A DNA stretch of 24,874 nt, taken from NCBI GenBank assembly GCA_023336765.1, contig JAMBLL010000087.1:1-24874 (forward strand). The letters are read 5' to 3'. Under the pieces are notes generated by a model. The model was not told where the DNA came from. It made no database searches and was given only the letters and a program-made list of their open reading frames with translations. Position numbers and translations under genes: made by a program. Position 1 is the stretch's first letter. Each line of letters begins with the position of its first letter. The DNA comes from Actinomycetes bacterium. GTDB lineage: Bacteria; Actinomycetota; Acidimicrobiia; Spongiisociales; UBA5794. Shown here piece after piece: positions 8,222 to 16,062 of the stretch.

Positions 8222-9286
8222 ATGCGTGAGGTGGTGATCACGGCGCCGCGCCGTATCGAACTTCGAACGGCCCCCGATGACCCACTCACGCCCACATCGA
8301 TCCGTGTTCGCTCCCTCTATTCGGGGATCAGTCACGGCACGGAGATGAGCTTCTACCGTGCAACGGCGCCGCAATTCTCACAAGACATCGACCACGGCCT
8401 GTTCCGGAGGCGAGAGGATGACCGCTCGCTGTTTCCGATCCTTCACGGATACGAGATGGTCGGGGAGGTGATCGAGGTCGGTCCAGATGTGCACGGGTTC
8501 GACATCGGAGATATCGCATGGACGGGTACCGCAGGGCATCCCGACACATTCGTGTGCGACACAACTGTGGGAGGCCGTCCGTTCTTCTGTGAGCGTGCGC
8601 CCGATGGTTCAGATCCCGCTGCTGGCATCTTTCTTGCCCTGGGTGGAGTCGCCTACGACGGGCACCTGACGTCTCGCCTTCGTCTCGGAGAGAGCGCGGT
8701 GATCAGCGGATTGGGAGCGGTCGGCCTCATGAACGTCCGGCTCGCAACAATGGCCGGGATATCCCCGGTGATCGTCATCGATCCGCTGGCGGACAGGAGG
8801 AACATGGCGATCGCGTGTGGTGCCGATCATGCCATCGACCCGGCGACAGGGTCGGTTGCAGAGCAGGTACGTGACCTCAACGGTGGCACGGGTGTGGACG
8901 TTGCAATCGAGACGTCCGGTAGTTGGAAGGCACTCCATGAGGCCGTGCGTTGCTGTGCCAGTAACTACGGGAGAGTGGTGGCCCTGGGGTTCTATCAGGG
9001 ACAAGGCACCGATCTCCGGCTGGGGGAAGAATTTCACCACAGCACGTTCCACTCGATGGGAGCATCGTCGATCCTTGCAATCGATCATCGCAATGCACCC
9101 GCCCCAGGACGTGCATGGGACCGCATACGCGTCTACCGAACGATCGCAAAGATGCTCGGCGATGGGACCCTTGCCGTTCGTGATCTCCTGACACACAGGT
9201 TTCCCCAGTCCCAGGCAAGCGAAGCGTTCGAACTGATCGATCAACACCCCGAGGGGATCATCAAGGTTGCCCTCACCTACGACTGA
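8222..9286 (+). CDS. Medium-chain dehydrogenase/reductase (zinc-ADH-like fold, BchC-like subfamily)
   Basis: SGISHGTE in place of the catalytic Cys motif, HGYEMVGEVIEVG, ISGLGAVG and GVDVAIETSG. Confidence 0.85.
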   Translation: MREVVITAPRRIELRTAPDDPLTPTSIRVRSLYSGISHGTEMSFYRATAPQFSQDIDHGLFRRREDDRSLFPILHGYEMVGEVIEVGPDVHGFDIGDIAWTGTAGHPDTFVCDTTVGGRPFFCERAPDGSDPAAGIFLALGGVAYDGHLTSRLRLGESAVISGLGAVGLMNVRLATMAGISPVIVIDPLADRRNMAIACGADHAIDPATGSVAEQVRDLNGGTGVDVAIETSGSWKALHEAVRCCASNYGRVVALGFYQGQGTDLRLGEEFHHSTFHSMGASSILAIDHRNAPAPGRAWDRIRVYRTIAKMLGDGTLAVRDLLTHRFPQSQASEAFELIDQHPEGIIKVALTYD

Positions 9287-9321
9287 CACCGTCAATTGAC
9301 CCAGAGGAGGCGTCGACGCAC

Positions 9322-10125
9322 ATGGCCAAAGTGTTCTACATCGGTGACTGGGCGGTGTCGCTCGGTCCTATATTCGCTGAGACTCCGTTCAACTACGCGT
9401 ACAAAGGGCTGCAAACGTTCCGCTACGACCACTATCTCAAGGAGGCGATCGAATCGACCGGTGAGCACACGTGTGACACGTGCTCGACATGGGACTTCTA
9501 CGGTATGCCGCCAGGACGTTACGAGGAGATCCTCGCTGACTACGATATCGTCGTGTTCTCCGATGTCGAGGCCAAGAACTTCCAACTCTCCCCACAGTTC
9601 TTCGACCGCAACGTGTTCGGTTCGGGGATCATCACCTATCCCGACAGAGTCAGGCTCACGGTCGAGGCCGTCGAAGACGGGATGCTCATTATGTTCATGG
9701 GCGGATGGTTGTCGTTCAACGGGGAGTTGGGCAAAGGAGGCTGGGGCAGGACAGGGCTCGCCGAGGTCCTGCCGGTGCGTTGCCTCGAGAGAGAAGACCT
9801 CGTCGAGAACACGGAGGGATTCCACATGAGTCGCATTGGGAATGGGTTCGTCCCTGGACTCGACATGTCGACCGCGCCCCCGATCCTCGGATACAACGAG
9901 GTTGTTGTCCGTTCTGGCGCGATGGTGCACGTTGAGGTCACCGAGACGGGCGACCCTCTCGTTGTGACCAGGCGGCATGGCAGGGGGGCGGTCCTTGCGT
10001 ACATGTCTGATCCTGCGCCCCACTGGGGCTGTAACTTTGTGCAGTGGGACGACTACAGCAGGTTCTGGACGGGTGCCGTTGAGTACCTTGTGGACATGAC
10101 TCGAGAGACAGGGAGAACATCATGA
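9322..10125 (+). CDS. Class I glutamine amidotransferase-like protein (DUF1355-type)
   Basis: Motifs YDIVVFSDV, MFMGGWLSFNG, LAEVLPV, PPILGYNEV and DPAPHWG. GGAGG RBS upstream. No catalytic Cys at the nucleophile elbow. Confidence 0.75.
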   Translation: MAKVFYIGDWAVSLGPIFAETPFNYAYKGLQTFRYDHYLKEAIESTGEHTCDTCSTWDFYGMPPGRYEEILADYDIVVFSDVEAKNFQLSPQFFDRNVFGSGIITYPDRVRLTVEAVEDGMLIMFMGGWLSFNGELGKGGWGRTGLAEVLPVRCLEREDLVENTEGFHMSRIGNGFVPGLDMSTAPPILGYNEVVVRSGAMVHVEVTETGDPLVVTRRHGRGAVLAYMSDPAPHWGCNFVQWDDYSRFWTGAVEYLVDMTRETGRTS

Positions 10126-11108
10126 AGTACCGGCAACTTGGAAGCACGGGATACGAGGTCTCTGAGATCGGATTCGGCGCATGGGCGATCGGGGCAGACT
10201 GGGGGAACGTGGATGACACGACCGCCATGGCTGCGCTGAACGCAGCAGTCGATGCTGGAGTGACGTTCATCGACACGGCAGATGTCTACGGCGACGGACG
10301 CAGCGAACGGTTCGTGGCACAACTCGTGAAGGAACGCCCCGACGTCGATCTCGTTGTGGCAACCAAAGCGGGCCGCAGACTCGACCCGCACGCGGCGGAC
10401 GGATACACGGGAGCCAACATCGAGGCGTTCATCGACCGCAGCCTGGTGAACCTCGAGACGGATTCACTCGACCTGCTGCAACTGCACTGCCCTCCGACTG
10501 ACGTGTACTACCGACCAGAGATGTTCGCCGCACTCGACGATATGAAGGCGAAGGGGAAGGTCAAACACTACGGCGTGAGCGTGGAGCGTGTCGAGGAAGC
10601 GGTGAAGGCCATCGAATACCCCGGTGTGGAGACCGTCCAGATCATCTTCAACATGTTCCGACAACGACCAGCGGAGCGATTCCTCGACCTAGCGGTCGCA
10701 GGCAACATCGGCGTGATCGTGCGAGTACCGCTAGCGAGCGGACTGCTCACGGGCAAGATGCGAGCCGACACGGAGTTTGCAGCCAGCGACCACCGCAACT
10801 ACAACCGCCACGGCGAGGCGTTCGACGTCGGAGAGACCTTTGCGGGAGTGGACTATCCAACGGGTCTCGCCGCTGTGGACGAGATAGAGACCCTGCGGCC
10901 GGCAGACTCGACGATGGCGCAGTTCGCCCTCAAGTGGATCCTCATGCACGACGGTGTCTCCACTGCAATACCCGGGGCAAAGAATCCTGACCAGACCGTC
11001 GCGAACGCGGCTGCGTCGGGCCTCTCTCCTCTGGATGCTCAGACGATGGAAGGTGTTGCCGACATCTACCGACGTTCGATCCAGCCACAGGTGCACGCTC
11101 GCTGGTAG
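10122..11108 (+). CDS. Aldo/keto reductase
   Basis: ATGA overlap. Motifs VSEIGFGAW, FIDTADVYGDG, VATK, DLLQLH, VRVPLASGLL and IPGAKNP. Confidence 0.95.
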   Translation: MKYRQLGSTGYEVSEIGFGAWAIGADWGNVDDTTAMAALNAAVDAGVTFIDTADVYGDGRSERFVAQLVKERPDVDLVVATKAGRRLDPHAADGYTGANIEAFIDRSLVNLETDSLDLLQLHCPPTDVYYRPEMFAALDDMKAKGKVKHYGVSVERVEEAVKAIEYPGVETVQIIFNMFRQRPAERFLDLAVAGNIGVIVRVPLASGLLTGKMRADTEFAASDHRNYNRHGEAFDVGETFAGVDYPTGLAAVDEIETLRPADSTMAQFALKWILMHDGVSTAIPGAKNPDQTVANAAASGLSPLDAQTMEGVADIYRRSIQPQVHARW

Positions 11109-11135
11109 GGCACGGGCCTTCCTGTCACAGGAAAC

Positions 11136-11150
11136 TGACATGATCGCCCC
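11136..11150 (+). promoter_or_regulatory. Putative extended -10 element of a leaderless promoter for X2
   Basis: TG-a-CATGAT followed by 6 nt and then ATG 11151. It is preceded by the inverted repeat TTCCTG-tca-CAGGAA (11119-11133). Confidence 0.4.
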
Positions 11151-12041
11151 ATGAGTAGTCTGACCTGTACGCCGAACCGGAGCGATCGAATATCACAAGC
11201 ACCGAGAGCCACGCTCACGATCCAGCTGGATATCGGGGAAGATGGTTCTCTCTCTGAGGAAGAACTCACTGCGATTCAACGATCGGTGATGCGCGGTGTG
11301 GAGCGTATCGCGCGTGCCCTGAACGATCGTGCAGGGGGAGGGCGGAGTCCGGCGTTCCTCAAAGATCTGTCTGTTCTTGTGCCGATGGCCATCGATGTCG
11401 ACCGGTCGATGATCTCCTTCGAGGCGCCTCACGACACCGAACAGTTCCCCATCGATTTCGGAAAGGGCGATGCGGGTGTGCAGGCGACCGAGCTATTCGT
11501 GCACTCCATCGGTGCACTCCTCGACGGCAGGGACCTGAGTGAGGCAATCGGAGATCCGGCGTCGCGCTCGGTGCACAGGTTCATGCGCTCGGTGGACGCT
11601 CACCACGCGGTGCAGGTGGTCGCATCGGTGGGGGAGACAGAGACCGCGATCGAGTTCGACCCTGCAGAGGCCCCGAAAGGTGAGAGACGAAGGTCAGCCA
11701 CCTCGTTGTCGTTCGTGGGGAGGTTGTACGGTGCCAATCTCGGAACGCGTACCTTCAGGTTCAAGGATGAACTCGGGCGCACTCGACTCGTAACCGTGGG
11801 AGAGGACCTTGACGAGATTGCTCTGGCCCGTGAACTGCTCGGAGATATCGCCTACGTCGATGCGAACGCCAGCGATGAGGATTCCAGCAGGTTCATCGCG
11901 TCCGCGATTCAGAGGGTTGATCCCCTGGTTGCATCGCAGTACGAGGCATGGGATGCAGGAACTGCGCTGACCGGACACGAGACCAGAGATGTCGTCGAGG
12001 AACTCCAGATACCAGGCCTCGGGATCGAAGGGGGCAGCTGA
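11151..12041 (+). CDS. Uncharacterised protein X2 (296 aa), paralog of X1
   Basis: Shares MSSL, SQAPRA, GRS, EAPHD.EQF, GVQA.ELFV, VG.LYGA, LLG and IPGL with X1. Its stop overlaps the sirtuin start (TGATG). Confidence 0.8.
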   Translation: MSSLTCTPNRSDRISQAPRATLTIQLDIGEDGSLSEEELTAIQRSVMRGVERIARALNDRAGGGRSPAFLKDLSVLVPMAIDVDRSMISFEAPHDTEQFPIDFGKGDAGVQATELFVHSIGALLDGRDLSEAIGDPASRSVHRFMRSVDAHHAVQVVASVGETETAIEFDPAEAPKGERRRSATSLSFVGRLYGANLGTRTFRFKDELGRTRLVTVGEDLDEIALARELLGDIAYVDANASDEDSSRFIASAIQRVDPLVASQYEAWDAGTALTGHETRDVVEELQIPGLGIEGGS

Positions 12042-12799
12042 TGACGGACGGTGTGCACGAACTCTCGATGCTGATCGGTGGCGCCGATGCCATTCTGATC
12101 GTCACGGGGGCGGGTGTTTCCACAGAGACGGGGATCCCCGACTTCCGCGGTCCCCAGGGTGTGTGGAACACGCAGCGGCCTGTTATGTACCAGGACTTCC
12201 TGACAAGCGAGGCGGATCGGGTTACGTACTGGAATCAGAAGGTGCTCGCTGCCGAGACCATCGAGGTGGCGAAACCCGGTGCCGTGCACAAGGCATGCGT
12301 AGTACTCGAAAACGCAGGAAAACTCGAAGCGATCGTCACCCAGAACATCGACGGACTCCACACCATCGCGAAATCCTCGGAGGAAAGGGTCGTCGAGGTC
12401 CACGGAACTGGGCGCGAAGCTGTGTGCCTCACCTGCAAAGGGCGCTCCCCGATCGTCCCCCATCTGAAAGCGTTCACCGATACCGGTGTCCCCCCGCGCT
12501 GTCATTGTGGGGGCTTGCTCAAGCCCGCAACGATCAGTTTCGGGCAGCAACTGGATCCGAAGACGATGGCCCAGGCAACACAGGCTGCCGAGGCGTGCGA
12601 TCTCGTCATCGCAATGGGCACAACACTCTCCGTGTACCCCGCAGCAGAGATCCCGCTTATTGCAGCCCGCCGGGGCGTTCCCTACGTGATCATCAACCAG
12701 GGTGATACCGAACACGACGGTATGCCGTACATCACCCTCCGCATCGAGGCCCCCGTCGGCCCCACATTCTCCCAAGCCGTCACCCAAGCCCTCACTTAG
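12041..12799 (+). CDS. cobB: Sir2-family NAD-dependent protein deacylase (CobB/NpdA-like)
   Basis: Motifs TGAGVSTETGIPDFRG, VTQNIDGLH, HG, CLTC...CHCG zinc ribbon, LKPATISFG, GTTLSVYPAA and IIN. Start trimmed from 11948 to ATG 12041. Confidence 0.92.
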   Translation: MTDGVHELSMLIGGADAILIVTGAGVSTETGIPDFRGPQGVWNTQRPVMYQDFLTSEADRVTYWNQKVLAAETIEVAKPGAVHKACVVLENAGKLEAIVTQNIDGLHTIAKSSEERVVEVHGTGREAVCLTCKGRSPIVPHLKAFTDTGVPPRCHCGGLLKPATISFGQQLDPKTMAQATQAAEACDLVIAMGTTLSVYPAAEIPLIAARRGVPYVIINQGDTEHDGMPYITLRIEAPVGPTFSQAVTQALT

Positions 12800-12806
12800 A
12801 CGCTGT

Positions 12807-12914
12807 GAACCCTGGGTTCGCGGCGTCGTATATGGCGCTGTGAGCCCGCGGAACCCTTGACGCCCCGAACCCAGGGTTCGCGGCGTCGTATATGGCGCCG
12901 TGAGCCCGCGGAAC
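12807..12914 (+). repeat. Two tandem 48-nt REP-like hairpin units with a 60-nt period
   Basis: GAACCC(T/A)GGGTTCGCGGCGTCGTATATGGCGC(T/C)GTGAGCCCGCGGAAC at 12807-12854 and 12867-12914, 46/48 identical, 12-nt spacer. Each unit folds into a 15-bp stem with a TATA loop. Confidence 0.9.
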
Positions 12915-13009
12915 AGAAGAGGAGAGGAGGGGCTGGTGGCGAATCGCTGAGTCGTAGGGTCACTATTCTTGTGGGTGCAGCGTGAATCGACGATCTGAGG
13001 AGACGGAAC

Positions 13010-14398
13010 ATGCGCATCGAACGTGACTCCATGGGGGACGTACCCGTACCCGAAGGCGCCTACTACGGGGCATCGACCCAGAGGGCCGTTGACAACTTCC
13101 CGATCTCGAACCTCCGATTCGGCCGCACCTTCATCTGGGCGATGGGCCTGCTCAAGGCATCTGCGGCAGTGGTGAACAAGGAGATGGGTTCCGTTAACGC
13201 CGAAAAGGCCGATGCGATCATCGAGGCTGCCACGGAGGTCATGGACGGCGACCTCGACGACCATTTCGTCCTGGACATCTTCCAGACGGGCTCTGGTACG
13301 TCAACGAACATGAACGCCAACGAGGTCATCGCCAATCGCGCCTCAGAGATCCTCGGCGCTGAACTCGGCTCCAAACTCGTCCACCCGAACGATCATGTCA
13401 ATGCCGGACAGTCCTCCAACGACACGATCCCGACAGCGATTCACGTCGCGGCTGTCGCGGGAATCGAACTGAACCTGCTCCCTGCCCTCGATGCCCTTGC
13501 GGTGTCCCTCGAGGCGAAGGCAGTCGAGTTCGACGATATCTTGAAGTCCGGCCGCACGCACCTGATGGACGCGACGCCGGTTCGCCTTGGCCAGGAGTTC
13601 GGTGGATACGCCGTCCAGGTTGGCAACGGTGCACAACGGATCCGTTCTGTGCTCCCGGAAATGCTCGAGCTTGCGCTTGGCGGCACGGCTGTCGGAACGG
13701 GGATCAACGCCCCAGACGGCTTCCCCGCAGCAACGATCGCCGAGATGGCCCGTCGCTCTGGTTACGACTTTGTCGAGGCCCCCAACCACTTTGAGGCTCA
13801 GGCTGCCAAGGACGCTGCGGTCAGTGCGTCGGGTGCGCTCAAGACTGTTGCTGTGTCACTGTTCAAGATCGCAAATGACCTTCGTTGGATGTCGAGCGGG
13901 CCCCGCACGGCCATCGCAGAGATCACGCTGCCCTCGCTCCAGCCAGGCAGTTCGATCATGCCTGGAAAGGTTAATCCCGTCATCTCCGAGATGATGATGC
14001 AGGTGGCAAGCCAGGTGATCGGAAATGACGCAGCTATCACATGGGGTGGAGCGAATGGCAACTTCGAACTCAATGTGATGATGCCGCTCATCGCACATAA
14101 CCTCCTTGAATCCATCGATCTCCTCGCCTCAGCTGCGAATGTCATGAGAGAGAAGATGGTTGATGGCATCGAGGCCAATGAGGACCGTGCCACATTCCTA
14201 CTCGAGCAGAACGTGATCATCATCACTGCGCTCGTCCCGGTTATCGGGTACGACAAATCCGCAGAGGTCGCAAAGAAGGCCTTCAAAGAGGGACGCGGTG
14301 TACGCGAGGTTGCCCTCGAACTCGGCGTGCTCCCCGAGGACGAACTCGACCGAGCCCTCGATCTGCGCCCCATGACCGAAGGCGGAGTAGTGGGATAG
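13010..14398 (+). CDS. fumC: Class II fumarate hydratase
   Basis: Motifs RIERDSMG, YYGASTQRA, FQTGSGTSTNMNANEVIANRA, HPNDHVN..QSSND, GRTHLMDATP and GSSIMPGKVNPV. GAGGAG RBS upstream. Confidence 0.9.
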   Translation: MRIERDSMGDVPVPEGAYYGASTQRAVDNFPISNLRFGRTFIWAMGLLKASAAVVNKEMGSVNAEKADAIIEAATEVMDGDLDDHFVLDIFQTGSGTSTNMNANEVIANRASEILGAELGSKLVHPNDHVNAGQSSNDTIPTAIHVAAVAGIELNLLPALDALAVSLEAKAVEFDDILKSGRTHLMDATPVRLGQEFGGYAVQVGNGAQRIRSVLPEMLELALGGTAVGTGINAPDGFPAATIAEMARRSGYDFVEAPNHFEAQAAKDAAVSASGALKTVAVSLFKIANDLRWMSSGPRTAIAEITLPSLQPGSSIMPGKVNPVISEMMMQVASQVIGNDAAITWGGANGNFELNVMMPLIAHNLLESIDLLASAANVMREKMVDGIEANEDRATFLLEQNVIIITALVPVIGYDKSAEVAKKAFKEGRGVREVALELGVLPEDELDRALDLRPMTEGGVVG

Positions 14399-14508
14399 AG
14401 CACAGAGCACAGAGCACAGATAAGAGAGCACAGAATTGTCCCCGGCTCGCCGATAGTCACTGCTGACGAGCAGAGGTTCTGTGCTCTGTGTTCTGTATTC
14501 TGTATTCT
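14397..14508 (+). repeat. Inverted arrays of heptamer repeats (AGAGCAC)n ... (YTCTGTR)n between fumC and pncB
   Basis: AGAGCAC at 14397, 14404, 14411 and 14425. Complementary-sense units TTCTGTG CTCTGTG TTCTGTA TTCTGTA run from 14477 to 14504. Confidence 0.85.
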
Positions 14509-14514
14509 TCTTCC

Positions 14515-16056
14515 ATGACCGACAGACGCGACCTGATTGAGGGGTTCCTCTTCACCGACCAGTACCAGCTGACAATGGCACAGCTGTACTGGCGAATCGG
14601 GATGGCCGATCGTCAGGCCCAGTTCGACCACTTCTTCCGTAGATACCCCGACTACGGCGAGCACAAAGCGGGGTACGTCATCACAGCAGGGCTTGGATGG
14701 CTGCTGGATTGGGTCGCTGAGACTCGCATCACCCCGGACGACATCGATGTGCTGCGTCGTCAGGTGTCGCCCAACGGTGAGCGCCGATTCGACGAGGCTT
14801 TCCTCCAGTATCTCTCGGATCTGGGGAGTTTCGAGTCACTGACGATCCGCGCGGTGCCAGAGGGCAGAGTTGTACACGCCAACGAGCCGATCGTCGTTGT
14901 TGAGGGTCCTCTTGTGCTCGCCCAGATAATCGAAACCTCGCTGCTCAACCATCTCAACTATCAGACGTTGATCGCAACGAAGGCATCACGGGTTGCTGAG
15001 CAGGCACGCGGAGGAACCGTGCTCGAATTCGGTATGCGTCGGGGCCCGGGTACCGGGACGAATGCCGGCACGAGGGCAGCCCTCATCGGCGGTGCCAACG
15101 CCAGTTCGAACGTAGGAACATCAAGCCTGCTTGGAATCGATCCCCAGGGTACGCATGCACATTCGATGGTGCAGTTGTACATGGCCACCGGGAAGGGGGA
15201 ACGGGAAGCCTTCCGAGCATACGCCGACCTGTATCCCGACGAATGCGTCCTGTTGGTCGATACGATCGACACTCTCGGGAGTGGGATCCCCAACGCGATC
15301 ACCGTCTTCGAGGAACTGCGTGATGCCGGGCACAGTCCAGTCGGGATCAGGCTGGACTCTGGCGACCTTGCCCACCTCGCGGTGCGCGCTGCACGGATGC
15401 TCAATGACGCCGGATTCGATGATGTCGCGATCGTGCTCTCATCTGACCTCGACGAGATGGCGATGTGGCAGATCCGCGAGCAGATCCGCGATGAGGCTGG
15501 GGGGTATGGACTCGACCACGCATCGGTGACCGGACGACTCATGTACGGTGTTGGCACACGGCTGATCTCGTCACACGGCTACCCGGCCCTTGGCGGCGTG
15601 TACAAGCTCGTCGGTATCGACAACCACGGCGAATGGACGCCTGCGATCAAACTCTCCGAGACTCCTGAGAAGATGCCGATCCCCGGAGACAAGCAACTGT
15701 GGAGGGTGTACGACTCACGCGGCCTTGCTACCGCAGACGTTGTATCGGGTGGCGACGAGACGATCGAACCCGGAGACTCGCTGGAACTCTTCCATCCGCA
15801 CAGGTCAGGTGTCTCGAGATCACTCGGGTCCGGTGAAACGGTGAAGGTCGAGTCCCTTCTCGAGACTGTTCACCGAGATGGCGAGCGCACCGACGGATCC
15901 CCCGATCTCCAGACGCTGCGGTCCAGGAGAGTTGAAGACCTCGGCAGGCTCGACGTCGGCGTGAAGAGATTGATCAACCCGCACCTCTACCACGTATCTG
16001 TGACCCAGCAGGTGAAGGCGACCCAGAACGAACTCATCTCCAGGGCCCGCAGCTGA
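14515..16056 (+). CDS. pncB: Nicotinate phosphoribosyltransferase
   Basis: Motifs FTDQYQLTMAQ, FFRRYP, EFGMRR, GTHAHS (phospho-His), LLVDTIDT, GIRLDSGD, YGVGT and GGVYKLV. Start trimmed from 14488 (inside the repeat) to ATG 14515. Confidence 0.95.
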   Translation: MTDRRDLIEGFLFTDQYQLTMAQLYWRIGMADRQAQFDHFFRRYPDYGEHKAGYVITAGLGWLLDWVAETRITPDDIDVLRRQVSPNGERRFDEAFLQYLSDLGSFESLTIRAVPEGRVVHANEPIVVVEGPLVLAQIIETSLLNHLNYQTLIATKASRVAEQARGGTVLEFGMRRGPGTGTNAGTRAALIGGANASSNVGTSSLLGIDPQGTHAHSMVQLYMATGKGEREAFRAYADLYPDECVLLVDTIDTLGSGIPNAITVFEELRDAGHSPVGIRLDSGDLAHLAVRAARMLNDAGFDDVAIVLSSDLDEMAMWQIREQIRDEAGGYGLDHASVTGRLMYGVGTRLISSHGYPALGGVYKLVGIDNHGEWTPAIKLSETPEKMPIPGDKQLWRVYDSRGLATADVVSGGDETIEPGDSLELFHPHRSGVSRSLGSGETVKVESLLETVHRDGERTDGSPDLQTLRSRRVEDLGRLDVGVKRLINPHLYHVSVTQQVKATQNELISRARS

Positions 16057-16062
16057 CAGGGA

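Noticed and set aside
9284-9300. Overlapping palindromes TGAC-acc-GTCA and GTCAATTGAC before the DUF1355 gene as an internal operator
   Set aside because: Short, with no accompanying promoter and only partial resemblance to the ROK operator. It cannot be distinguished from chance.
1702-11127. Target-site duplication flanking the sugar cluster (CACGGGgccctTGTCA at 1702-1717 versus CACGGGccttccTGTCA at 11111-11127)
   Set aside because: Only 6+5 matching bases with unequal spacing, plausible by chance in GC-rich DNA. No integrase or transposase is nearby.
12041-12799. Sirtuin as a Thoeris/DSR/pAgo-type defence NADase
   Set aside because: It keeps the zinc ribbon and every CobB-type deacylase motif at standard length. 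Nothing in the sequence marks it as the defence SIR2 subtype, so any defence role rests on gene context only.
12807-12914. CRISPR array
   Set aside because: Only two units, a 48-nt repeat with a 12-nt spacer, and no cas genes. The geometry does not fit CRISPR.
13010-14398. Aspartate ammonia-lyase (aspA) instead of fumC
   Set aside because: DATP and GSSIMPGKVNP with the YYGASTQRA/FPIS N-terminus fit class II fumarase better. AspA cannot be wholly excluded without a tree.
5545-14664. Long antisense or alternate-frame ORFs (e.g. 5545..6630, 6968..8083, 11909..13264, 13798..14664)
   Set aside because: They lie opposite well-supported genes, have no recognisable motifs, and are expected shadows of high-GC codon usage. 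The repeated peptide FRGLTAPYTTPRT is just the 60-nt DNA repeat translated.
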